From the NCBI GenBank assembly GCA_965261085.1, contig OZ253442.1:2400001-2464000 (forward strand): a stretch of 64,000 bases of DNA. Reading direction: 5' to 3'. This DNA comes from a bacterium (GTDB lineage Bacteria > UBA8248). The position numbers and the translations under genes are program-made. Of the stretch, positions 49,978 through 59,717 are shown piece after piece; within the stretch, counting starts at the first letter, position 1, and each line of letters opens with the position of its first letter. The notes under the pieces were generated by a model. It was not told where the DNA came from and did no database searches. It worked only from the letters and a program-made list of their open reading frames with translations.

Positions 49978-51148
49978 TCCGGACCTCAAGAAACTCAGAG
50001 ATGATGGATACAATATCGAAATACGGGAGGGGCATCTACTTGTAAAGGATGTCTCGTATCTGGATGACACCGGTGCAATTAAGCGGGGAACTTTGCTCTC
50101 GCCGTTAACTCTCGCTGGGGATCGAACGGCTCAACCGGAGCGCCACACGGTATTGTTTACCGGTGAGTATCCCCACTCTAGTGATGGGAAACCCCTTACA
50201 GGGATTAAGTGTGGTGAGCGGAATAAGCGAATAGTCGCGGGGCTGATGGTTTGCTACGAATTTTCGGCTCACAAACTCGATGACCAAGGCAATAAAGTTC
50301 GCTATAAAGACCATTACGAAAAAATGACGTCTTATGTGCGTCGGTTGTCTCATCCGGCCGCGTCTGTTGATCCCGGTGCCACAGCACAGACGTACAGAGT
50401 TCTGGAACCCGTGGACGAGGATTCCCCCTTCGAATACCTTGATACTGCGAGTGCGCGCGCTGGAATTACCGAGATGCAATCGAAACTTACAGAATGCCGT
50501 CTCGGAATTATAGGCGTAGGAGGAACTGGCAGTTACGTTCTTGACTTCGTCGCGAAAACGCAGGTTCTTGAAATTCAGATTTTTGATGATGACCTCTTTC
50601 TCTCCCATAACGCTTTTCGAGCCCCGGGAGCTGCGTCGAAAGCAGAGCTTCGGGCCCAACAACACAAGGTCGAGTATTTTCGGAAAAAGTATAGCGTTCA
50701 AAGACGAAGAATTATTGCTCACCGTGAACGAATTACGAGCGAAAATCTGAAATTATTGGATGTTCTGGATTTCGTCTTTATTTGTCTCGATTCTGGAAAT
50801 GGGAAAGAAGAAATTATCACGCACTTGGAAAAATTGGAAAAACCTTTTGTCGATGTCGGCATGGGAATTACTTCTGTGAACGGAATGCTTCGGGGAACGG
50901 TGCGTACAACCACCAGTACTGTTTCACACCGGGATCATATAAGGGAAAATAGCCGTTTTTCGCTGGAAGGTGATCCGGTCGAGGATGAGTATTCAAGCAA
51001 CACTCAAATTGCCGAGCTAAACGCGTTAAATGCTGCCTTGGCTGTTATCAGGTGGAAGAAGATTTACGGGTTTTATTTAGATCAGTTAGGTGAACATCAT
51101 TCGGTCTACCTTATTGGTCAGAATCGAATAGTGAACGAAGATGCATAG
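49952..51148 (+). CDS. ThiF/E1 adenylyltransferase with N-terminal E2-like (DUF6791-type) domain
   Basis: DLKKLRDDGY..EIREGHLLV; IIGVGGTGSY, FDDD...HNAFRAPG, FICLD, DVGMG. Confidence 0.85.
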   Translation: MSTELINLNPDLKKLRDDGYNIEIREGHLLVKDVSYLDDTGAIKRGTLLSPLTLAGDRTAQPERHTVLFTGEYPHSSDGKPLTGIKCGERNKRIVAGLMVCYEFSAHKLDDQGNKVRYKDHYEKMTSYVRRLSHPAASVDPGATAQTYRVLEPVDEDSPFEYLDTASARAGITEMQSKLTECRLGIIGVGGTGSYVLDFVAKTQVLEIQIFDDDLFLSHNAFRAPGAASKAELRAQQHKVEYFRKKYSVQRRRIIAHRERITSENLKLLDVLDFVFICLDSGNGKEEIITHLEKLEKPFVDVGMGITSVNGMLRGTVRTTTSTVSHRDHIRENSRFSLEGDPVEDEYSSNTQIAELNALNAALAVIRWKKIYGFYLDQLGEHHSVYLIGQNRIVNEDA

Positions 51149-51159
51149 AGGCCTAAACT

Positions 51160-51591
51160 GTGAAATGGGAACACATTTTTGTTGACACAATTCCAGCACA
51201 AATTGCGCCTCGTGTGCTGTACGTGTCAATCCGTTATCGGACTGCGAAACATTTATGCCCATGCGGTTGCGGTAGCGAGGTTGTAACGCCGATCCGGCCA
51301 AACAAGTGGAGTATCAGGTTTAACGGGAGATCCGTTTCGTTGTACCCGTCGATCGGTAACTGGAGCCTGGAGTGTAAATCTCACTACTGGATCAGAGAGA
51401 ACGAGATAGAGTGGGCAGAGGCGTGGAGCGATGCGCAAATTGAACGGGCTCGATCGAAGCAGCGTGTTGCGGACGCAAAATATTTTCGATCAGTGGATGC
51501 CGGTGAAGAGTGGAGTGAGCAGACGGTACCTATGAAAACTGTAGCGGCTTGGTTATGTAGAGTAGGAAGGTTCTTTCGTAGCAAGAAGTGA
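51160..51591 (+). CDS. DUF6527-family protein
   Basis: HLCPCGCG.EVVTP...SLYPSIGNW...CKSHYWI. Confidence 0.85.
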   Translation: MKWEHIFVDTIPAQIAPRVLYVSIRYRTAKHLCPCGCGSEVVTPIRPNKWSIRFNGRSVSLYPSIGNWSLECKSHYWIRENEIEWAEAWSDAQIERARSKQRVADAKYFRSVDAGEEWSEQTVPMKTVAAWLCRVGRFFRSKK

Positions 51592-52130
51592 CGATGAGTA
51601 TGGTGACATTACGGTGTTGGCGTAGAGGTTAAGGGATAGCTCGGTTTGAACAGAAAGGAGGTGCATGGCATGCCCTCTAAAACGAACGTCTCAGCCCGCA
51701 AACTACGGAAACGTACTCCGGTATTTTGGGGGAATTTTCACGCAGCCTGTCGCAATGTACCAAGGCTCTCCCGATAGAAGATAGACTGATATCTTCGCAT
51801 CAGTTGCCCTTGCTCTTGAACAAGTTCTCGGCGTTCACTTCGCACATCTCAATGTCAAAGTGGTGTTGATCGTCACGACAGAACTCTGTCTCCGAATCGA
51901 CGCCGTTAAACTCGAAGCGATGCATCGAAGTACGCCCGACTGTTGTCGGTCAGGATAGTCTGCCCTCCTATCCCCAAAGCCTCGTACGAGAGTAAGACGT
52001 CACTGTGAACCACCGCAGTTGCGTGTCCAGGCACCCCATGGGAAGCGAACCGGTGGTCCCTGAACCAACGTCGCGGGACCCCTAGCATGCCTACAAGCAA
52101 GCTGTTGCGGGCCAGACTTTAGGGGACGCT

Positions 52131-52306
52131 CCGACACGGACCCACTGGGATGCTCGGGAGTTGTAATGAATCCGCTTCCGTTTTGATTACTTACTGCAGA
52201 AAGCGATTCTCGAACGGGATCAGGAATTATGAATCTGTCCTAATAATATCAACGGAATAAGTGGATTTCACAGCCGTTGGAAATCGCCTAGTGTCTCTAA
52301 GCGGGC
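52131..52306 (+). repeat. 176-bp intergenic repeat, copy 3
   Basis: CCGACA...GGAGTTGTAAT..CCGCTTCCGTTTTGATTAC...TATCAAC...AAGCGGGC. Confidence 0.85.
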
Positions 52307-52712
52307 AAAGAGACCGCCAAGGACCTGATAATGTTAGGCTGCTGTAGAGCAAGGGCCGCCGCACTCTTCCGCAATCGAGCCCGTATGGTTGTCTGGGTTG
52401 AACAAGCCTGCATCTTGAAAGTAAGGGCCACACGGAAAGGAGGGAGACATAAGTCAGGAAGCGACTTACACAAGACATAAAGTTCGACGGCCTTGGCCAG
52501 TTAACGAGTCGCTTATCGCGCATGGCAACTCAGAGAGGGCCGAACTAGGCGAAACCTTATTAAACAGCTATGAGTCATGCTTTCCAAGAAGACCTATGCT
52601 TCAGGTGTCTATTGGTTGACAGACACCTTTCTCGATGGGGAATCTAGTCTCGTAGCCTAAACTTGTCTGTCGGTCAATAAAATTGTCCCCAAATCGTGTT
52701 GGAGTGTGAACT

Positions 52713-53768
52713 GTGACTAGCCAAGACTGGCATAAGATATCTCGGTTTGAATCTCACGACCTCGTGAAGGCGTGGTACCTCAGAACTCATGAAAGAGAAC
52801 CAAACACTGCCAAAATCTCACAAGTCAACGCCTTCTTTACACAAGGACGCGAGTATTTCAGGAATGCGAGCTTAGCAGACATGAGTGTCAAGCCACTCTT
52901 GCTTTACTACGGATCATTGTCTTTGTCTCGTGGTGTGATCCTGCTCAAGGACCCTTCGAAGAAGGAGGAATCACTCAAGCAAAGCCATGGTTTGGAGGTT
53001 GTGGACTGGCAAGAGACTTTGAGTGGCGGAATTAAGAATGTCCTCAAATTACAAGTTAGGGCGACCAATGGCACGTTTCGTGAACTGGTGAATGCTTGCC
53101 CAAACAAACATAAAGAACAATGCTTCAACAGCCCGAGAAAAACAAAAACCGTAGTGGATCATGACCTTGGTGACATCAAATTTTCTGCTGACGATAGCCT
53201 GCTGCATTTGGATGACTTACTCTCGAGGCTGATGCAAACCACGTTCGACTATCAAGGAATCACTGGCAGGAAGTCCAAGTGGTTTCCTGTTGTAGTTACA
53301 GCCCATTCAACAGAAACGCACTTTGCACTGCTGTCCCCTCATGTAATTCCTGATTTGCAACATCTGGTAGATGAGAAATCCGTGTTCTTAAAATCTACAC
53401 CTCAATCGAGGCCAAACTTACCAATCGACACTATTCACCAGTCTAGTCTGGTGTTCCGGCACGAGGTTGATAAAACCCACCAGAAGAAATTTCCTGTTTT
53501 CCACCATACCGATGGTCACCAATTGATGACTGGTATTTTGGATTTTCCCAATGGGGACAAATTGAGTGAGTTCTTCAAACTTTACCTGACTTCATATATA
53601 TTGGGAATGCTTGTCCGCTATTATCCATCCAGGTGGATGAAGTTATTGCGCAATAGTCCAGGCGATTTTGCCCGACTGCTATTGTTAAAGGCCATTGAGG
53701 CGATTGAATCTGACTTTCCTGGGGAACTCTCACGGCAAGTGCCTCAGCACCCTGAAAGGTTAGGCTGA
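52713..53768 (+). CDS. YaaC-like protein
   Basis: QGREYF, KPLLLYYG, SHGL, YILGMLVRYYPSRW. Confidence 0.7.
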   Translation: MTSQDWHKISRFESHDLVKAWYLRTHEREPNTAKISQVNAFFTQGREYFRNASLADMSVKPLLLYYGSLSLSRGVILLKDPSKKEESLKQSHGLEVVDWQETLSGGIKNVLKLQVRATNGTFRELVNACPNKHKEQCFNSPRKTKTVVDHDLGDIKFSADDSLLHLDDLLSRLMQTTFDYQGITGRKSKWFPVVVTAHSTETHFALLSPHVIPDLQHLVDEKSVFLKSTPQSRPNLPIDTIHQSSLVFRHEVDKTHQKKFPVFHHTDGHQLMTGILDFPNGDKLSEFFKLYLTSYILGMLVRYYPSRWMKLLRNSPGDFARLLLLKAIEAIESDFPGELSRQVPQHPERLG

Positions 53769-54189
53769 TTACTCTCAAGAAAGTGGTAAGGTCGGTTGAT
53801 TGTCGTTGGCGGAGACATGTTGGACCAGTGGGGTGTCGTTGTTCAGGATAAATATCCAGCTAACTGGCCTGAAGTCGACACGCCTTTGTGGACACCTGAT
53901 CCTTTGAGAAGGAGGTATCCACCATGCTGACACCTTGGCCGTTCCCCGGGAAAGGTTGCACAACCGCTAAGAGTTGCCTGGCAGCTTTCTCGGCCTCGCA
54001 CCGACCACTTTGGGGCGTCCTTAGAACTACGGCCGTCTTCTCGAAGCAATTTACAACCAAGATTGATATCGCCAATCGACTCCGAGGAACGTGCGTGAAC
54101 GAACGCTCTTTTGGATGCTAATCGCTCTGCTGGACTGTTTCGTAAGCAAGCGTTTACGGCCTGATTTTAGAAGTGGGTTACACAATGGT

Positions 54190-54365
54190 CCGACATAGAC
54201 CCGCCGAGATGCGCAGGAGTTATAATTCGCCCGCTTGCGTTTTGATTACATTCTGCGGAAGGTGGATTCTGGACAAAACTGGGAGTAACGATTATTTCCC
54301 AATGATATCAACGGGATAACAGGATTTCAGGGCCAGTGGAAATAACCTAATGCCTCTAAGCGGGC
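54190..54365 (+). repeat. 176-bp intergenic repeat, copy 4
   Basis: Shares the core GGACAAAACTGGGAGTAACGATTATTTCCCAATGATATCAAC identically with copy 1; same ends. Confidence 0.88.
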
Positions 54366-54750
54366 GATGGGTATTTCGGCGAACCGGCTCCAAGTATGGC
54401 GGTAACGTGGATGCGTGAATTACTTGGGACATCGCGGCCCGGTTCCATATGATTGACCATAGAGCAAAAGTAACCATTAGAAGTTGGGACCCTGTTCTCA
54501 GGGTTGATTTTTCTCTCTGGGTTCTAGGTTGTAAATCAAGCGACTGGGTTATCGCTCGGCAGATACGAATTTCATCGAAGGGAAAGCGCTTTTCGCGGAC
54601 AAGACGCTCGGAGAGTAGCGAGTAGCTGCAGCGCGGCAGGCGTAGGCAGCCAGATCCTTGCGAACAGCTTCGACTTAGCCGTAATCATGCCTGGCCATCC
54701 TCGTGGAAGTGTGCCACATTGCTTTTCCTCTCGCGTCCCCTTGACCGTCA

Positions 54751-55587
54751 TTACTCCCCATTTCCCTCGCTCTTATTGCCGTCCTTCCACGGTTCGCCTG
54801 ACAATCGCCCCAACAGCCTGGAGCGAACGATTTCCGCAGCCTCTTCGCCATCCCAGGAAAATCCAGTGGCCAGAAGCGGGCCGATATCGGAATTAAATTG
54901 CGCATCGCGCAGCTTCGCTTCGATGTTCTGCTCAAACCGGGCACGCGTCACGTCGTGGCTGCCTCGCTCCATATACTTCGAAAACGCGGCAACAACCCGA
55001 TCCGGATCGAGCGCCGTTTCCTCGAGTGCGACCGCAAGATCGAAAAGGTCACGGCCTTTACGGCGCTGATAGAGAGCCCGCAGCTTGGTGGCCAGCAACT
55101 CTTCCAGCGTATACGTGGAGATCTCGCTGCTGCCCTCGAACCAGCGCGAAGAGACGGTGAACGGCAGCTGCGTGTATCCGTAGACCGCAAAGTGTTCCCT
55201 CGAATTGATCTCTACTTTCAGCCGGAGCGGAAGGGGCGGGACATCCTCGGACTCGAAGCGGTAATTGAATGTCACACGTCCTTCGGTCTGTTTATATTGT
55301 GGTTTCCCAAGCCAGGGATCGAGCACTTCCCGAACCGCGTCCATCATCGGCCCGGCCGGCTCGGCTCTGACCTGTACAAGGTCGATGTCTTCGGAATAAC
55401 GGGCCGGGGGATGAATGTGTAGTTTGTAGAGCGCCGTACCGCCCCGGAAGGCCAGCGCTTCTTTAAGGAGCGGGTGATTGAAAATCGCAATCAACGCCCG
55501 GCTGATGACGAGGTCTTGTTCGACCTGGAAATCCTGCACCCAGGGCACCCGCGCCCGCCACTCGGTGATAAAGTCGCGCGGGATCAC
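54751..55587 (-). CDS. abiEii: AbiEii-family nucleotidyltransferase toxin (type IV TA)
   Basis: VEQD, FRGGTAL, RYSEDID, KVEIN, KLRAL..R.KGRDLFD. Confidence 0.9.
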   Translation of the reverse strand: MIPRDFITEWRARVPWVQDFQVEQDLVISRALIAIFNHPLLKEALAFRGGTALYKLHIHPPARYSEDIDLVQVRAEPAGPMMDAVREVLDPWLGKPQYKQTEGRVTFNYRFESEDVPPLPLRLKVEINSREHFAVYGYTQLPFTVSSRWFEGSSEISTYTLEELLATKLRALYQRRKGRDLFDLAVALEETALDPDRVVAAFSKYMERGSHDVTRARFEQNIEAKLRDAQFNSDIGPLLATGFSWDGEEAAEIVRSRLLGRLSGEPWKDGNKSEGNGE

Positions 55588-56393
55588 AGGTCCGGCTCCA
55601 CGACGGCGTTGATCAGGAGCTTCCAGTCCGCGTCGCGGGGCGCTTCTTCGCGGGACGCACTAGGGATAAGCGGAACCGTTCGCCGGGCTTCACTCTCGAC
55701 ATAGGCTTTCAGAGGGACGATCTGTTCACGGGCATTGACAAGCGCGAGCAGGTATCCAAGCCTCTGTGCCCACGTAATCGGCGCGTTTTGCGCGGCCATC
55801 ACCAGTTTTTGCGGATCGATTTGCTCTGCGAGCTCGGAGAGGATGGTCGCCACCTGGTCAAGCCCACCTACGTGGTTGTAATAGCCGACGAGATCAACGG
55901 CCGTTGCTTCCGGCGTCGAGACCCTGACCGTGCCGCGAGGCGTGTTGAAGGTTTGTACGGATACATTCTGAAGGCGCTTGCGGACGATGAATACCACGCG
56001 CACCCGGCCACAATGGATCGGCCGACGGGCCTTGTCGAGCAGAACCTGAAATTCTTGGGGCCGGTGATGGGCTGCGCCATGATATTGTGCGGCTGACAAT
56101 AGCCCAGCATAATAGGGTTGCTTTAGCCGCTGCATTAACGCTGGTATGAACTGGTTCGCTGGTAGACATCCAAGAGTGCGGTATTCGGGCGGGACTATCA
56201 CATAAAAGCCACGCCCGGGCTGTGCAACGAGGTTTTGCCGAGCTAGCCGTTTCAGAGCAACCTTTGCAGCGTTGGCGGACACACCAAGCGCCTCAACAGC
56301 GTCACTTGATGTGAAGTGATATCTCCCAGCAGAAGCAAGGTTGCCAATGTAGTTATTTGCACTTAGTCGACGATAATCAATTTTCATGCGCAC
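55584..56393 (-). CDS. abiEi: AbiEi-family antitoxin
   Basis: GFYVIVPPEY, YYAGLLSAA.YHGA, STPEATAVD, QRLGYL; overlaps the toxin start. Confidence 0.85.
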   Translation of the reverse strand: MRMKIDYRRLSANNYIGNLASAGRYHFTSSDAVEALGVSANAAKVALKRLARQNLVAQPGRGFYVIVPPEYRTLGCLPANQFIPALMQRLKQPYYAGLLSAAQYHGAAHHRPQEFQVLLDKARRPIHCGRVRVVFIVRKRLQNVSVQTFNTPRGTVRVSTPEATAVDLVGYYNHVGGLDQVATILSELAEQIDPQKLVMAAQNAPITWAQRLGYLLALVNAREQIVPLKAYVESEARRTVPLIPSASREEAPRDADWKLLINAVVEPDL

Positions 56394-56677
56394 AAAGTAA
56401 CACTATATGATCCTTTATGCAATCGATTTATATTATTGTGATAGCAGTACAAGGCTGACGCTGACGACGAGAAAGATGAGACTTTATCCAGGTAGCGAGC
56501 AGCAGATTGAGCTTCCCGATATTAAGCTTTGATCTTGTTCCCTTTTTTTAGGTTAAGGATTTGCTCGGATCGGAGCTACTAGTATTTATTCTGTAATGTA
56601 CATTGAACTCTCTGGACTTGACTTCTGCTCAACCCTAACCAACTTTCAGCTATAGTTTCTGGGTAAAACGAGATGCA

Positions 56678-57832
56678 TCAATATTTCTCGTGTTCAGGTT
56701 CTTCGTGAAAAAATGGTGCAACATATCCAAAATCCACTTCAATGTTTTCCTTTACCACCTCCACCTCAACGACTTGCGGTTCAGTGTCAAAGTCACGCAA
56801 AATGGTGATTACAAGCTGGGATATAATTTCCTTGTCAACTGTATAAGTATCAGAGCCAACCTCAAAATAATCTCTGTCAATGCTATCTCTCACGTAAAAG
56901 CTGCAATCCGCTTCAAAGGCGACTAAAGATTCGACATCTATGGTGAATGTGACGGTGTTCTTGTCTGCAGCAATAACAATAGGAACACTGGCAGTGCCGC
57001 TATCCACACTTAGCAAATCAGCACCAATGGGCATAAACTCAAATATCCGGTCGGACGAGCCATCCGGATAAAAACCAGTGTTGTGAAGCCATCGCTGAAA
57101 AGCTCGTTCTACTTGTTCAGCCAGTTTGGGAGCTTTTTCATCCTGCCACATGGCGACAGTCCGGTTGGCTACATTTCTACCTGACTCGTTAAAGTACGAA
57201 AGAGCCAACTCTAGCTTAGGTACGCAAACAAGAAAATCCGACTGCTCCGCAAAGCTCTGCCAGCCTTTGTCGGGGCTAACGCAAAGGAGCAATCGGTTTT
57301 CCTGCCTAGCAATATCCTCAAGAGAAAGCAGCGCGAACGCATCCGGAAACTCGTATTTCTTGTTCTCGCTAAACCCAAAAGGCGGTTCCGTGGCATAATA
57401 TCTGCGCAACACTTCTACCGACACATCGTTTTCCCCACTTGCGGGCACGATTTCACCGTCGACATCATTGAGATAGTTTTGCACCTGTTCTTCTGCAGCT
57501 TCTTCTGGATTGCGGGAGATGGCCAATTCATCTGGTAGTGCCGCAAGGTCAAAATTTAATTTCCAACGCTTTACCTGTTCTTTAATTGCATACTTGAGTT
57601 GGTTTTGTGTTCTTTTGGCTTTGTCTGCGATATGAGCTTTGATTTCATTCGTGACAATTTCTGAAAAGATTACCCTGATCGGTCCACCTGAGAACTGATC
57701 AAGTTTATAGAGAACCGGAGAATCGAGGAGATTATCCTCGGGTTTTCCAAAAACGGCAGTATCAAGAGAAATCGCAAAAATAGAGCCATCTGCGATGTTA
57801 TCCTTTACTTCATCGTCAGTCATTTTTGGCAT
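56678..57832 (-). CDS. PIN-domain protein
   Basis: ISLDTAVF, IVTNEI, PPF...KKYEFPDA, VSPDKGW. Confidence 0.75.
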   Translation of the reverse strand: MPKMTDDEVKDNIADGSIFAISLDTAVFGKPEDNLLDSPVLYKLDQFSGGPIRVIFSEIVTNEIKAHIADKAKRTQNQLKYAIKEQVKRWKLNFDLAALPDELAISRNPEEAAEEQVQNYLNDVDGEIVPASGENDVSVEVLRRYYATEPPFGFSENKKYEFPDAFALLSLEDIARQENRLLLCVSPDKGWQSFAEQSDFLVCVPKLELALSYFNESGRNVANRTVAMWQDEKAPKLAEQVERAFQRWLHNTGFYPDGSSDRIFEFMPIGADLLSVDSGTASVPIVIAADKNTVTFTIDVESLVAFEADCSFYVRDSIDRDYFEVGSDTYTVDKEIISQLVITILRDFDTEPQVVEVEVVKENIEVDFGYVAPFFHEEPEHEKY

Positions 57833-57934
57833 TCGAATTCCAACCACTTGCGGTAAGCATTTCGGAAATTTACTTTCCCTGAGATGCGGAACTGCTCAAT
57901 CAACATTAAGCGGAGAACGGTATTTTTCTGAAAC

Positions 57935-59269
57935 TCATGAAAGTTGTTCTGGGTTCAAATCTGCCTCTGCGCTAACCCGCTGGGTCTCGATCGTCCTTTC
58001 GTGCATTAAATCAAAGACACAATTTTGCTGGACGTGCCATTGCCCCTTCTCACTCGGCATAGCCACATCACCGACTTCGTTATGTCTAAACGCAGTTATC
58101 CGGAATTTTCCCGCAACTTCGGTCTTGAGGGTTTTGCCTTTCATAAAGACAATCGCATCTGCTCTCGCCACAGTGCTTTGCCGAACAGAGTGTATTTCAA
58201 ACTCCGTTAGATCAATAAATTCTGCGTCCCTGCGCATCTGTCCAGCTAAATTGTTGAGCGGGGTTTGGGTAATGTTCACTGCTCGTTTGGCCATATTGCC
58301 AAAGTTTCGTTCTTTCCAGCTGGTCAGAAAATCGACAAATGCGTAGTCGGCTGAATTTACATCCAAACTTTCATCGAAGGGCCCGTGGTTTTCCTTAGGT
58401 TCAAATGCTTGTATTTCACGCTTATCAGCTTCTAATTTGACTCTGCTAGTGATCATGTCCCTAAAACTGAAATTAGCCTTCTTTTCTTGTTTGAGAATGC
58501 GTTCTTCTTCACTCGATTTGTCGCAAGCCCAATCAACTAGTGCGATCATTAGAAGCCAAGCTTTCATGCAAACAGTGCGATTTGCGTAACCCAACGACCT
58601 GCCATGTAAAATACCGTGACGAAGAGGTAGTGTTAGGTCTTCGTCGGACGATTTACGAATGCCCTTCGTTACCAAACCAATCAGAAATGGCAATGAATTC
58701 GGGTGTCCAGTGATAGAGTCGAATGCTGTGAGGTCAGCGTCTTTTTCAAATGGACTAGTTCCTATTACGTCTGAGGCAAAACCATCACATGCAATGAGGA
58801 TCAATGGTACGGCGGATAGATACCTCTCTTCAATTGTAAGCTCAAGCGCTTCTCGTAGTTGATCCCATCTAAGCTTGGCCTTATTGAATCTTTTCGCTCG
58901 CACAATCGCGAACTGGTTGATTGTGTCCTCTTTGAGCCAAGAAATTATTTCATTTTCTGCTTCCTGTTCCTTGCCAGCATCGTGGAATTCAAGAGCTTTC
59001 CGCATGGTATCGACAGACATAGAGCCAGTAGCTATCCACCCACTTTCCGAAAAAGCATCGTTAAACCGATCAGGTAAATCCAGGATGCTCGATTGTCCAA
59101 TTAGATCTGAAGCGGTTTGGTGAATTTTATCGATCTTTTCGTTCTCAATTCCCAATTTTTGGGCTAGTCCAGAAATTGACTTTGCCAGCTTGACCACTGG
59201 CATCACATCAGAAATTTCCTTTGCAGAAGGATTGTTAGCGATGCGCGGGTTTTTCGTCTCGTTGTTCAT
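57935..59269 (-). CDS. Hypothetical protein with HEPN-like motif
   Basis: 444-aa ORF; helical core with PLRHGILHG (RxxxxH). Confidence 0.6.
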   Translation of the reverse strand: MNNETKNPRIANNPSAKEISDVMPVVKLAKSISGLAQKLGIENEKIDKIHQTASDLIGQSSILDLPDRFNDAFSESGWIATGSMSVDTMRKALEFHDAGKEQEAENEIISWLKEDTINQFAIVRAKRFNKAKLRWDQLREALELTIEERYLSAVPLILIACDGFASDVIGTSPFEKDADLTAFDSITGHPNSLPFLIGLVTKGIRKSSDEDLTLPLRHGILHGRSLGYANRTVCMKAWLLMIALVDWACDKSSEEERILKQEKKANFSFRDMITSRVKLEADKREIQAFEPKENHGPFDESLDVNSADYAFVDFLTSWKERNFGNMAKRAVNITQTPLNNLAGQMRRDAEFIDLTEFEIHSVRQSTVARADAIVFMKGKTLKTEVAGKFRITAFRHNEVGDVAMPSEKGQWHVQQNCVFDLMHERTIETQRVSAEADLNPEQLS

Positions 59270-59717
59270 TCCTGTTCCCTAAACATTTATATGTAAATAC
59301 AAGCTAAGCCCGGTATTAGGTGATGGGTGATCCATCGTCGTGATTTGGGTGTCAGCTTCCTGCACGCCGTTTCGGAATCTCGCATCTTTGATGTTCTTAT
59401 GCAACTAATTTCCGGGCGAAAGAAAAAGGTCTTAATACTGTCAACCGCAACTTTGATATCGAGACTCGCATGGTGATCTTCGAATTCATCAAAGGTTGTT
59501 CAGTCCGAAACACCGACGCTCTTTCTAGTGTAAGCCCTATGACTTCGAACAGAATACGGAGGAGGCTATGCCTTTGGTCGAACGTCTTATTCAGAAGCGC
59601 ATTGTCGATATGTTCGGCTACGCTACAGACACAAATCGGGCACCGCCATAGGTAGCCGAAACATGACCGCAATCAAGCTGCTACGAACCGGACTTTGGAG
59701 GTCAGTTGCAAGACTGT

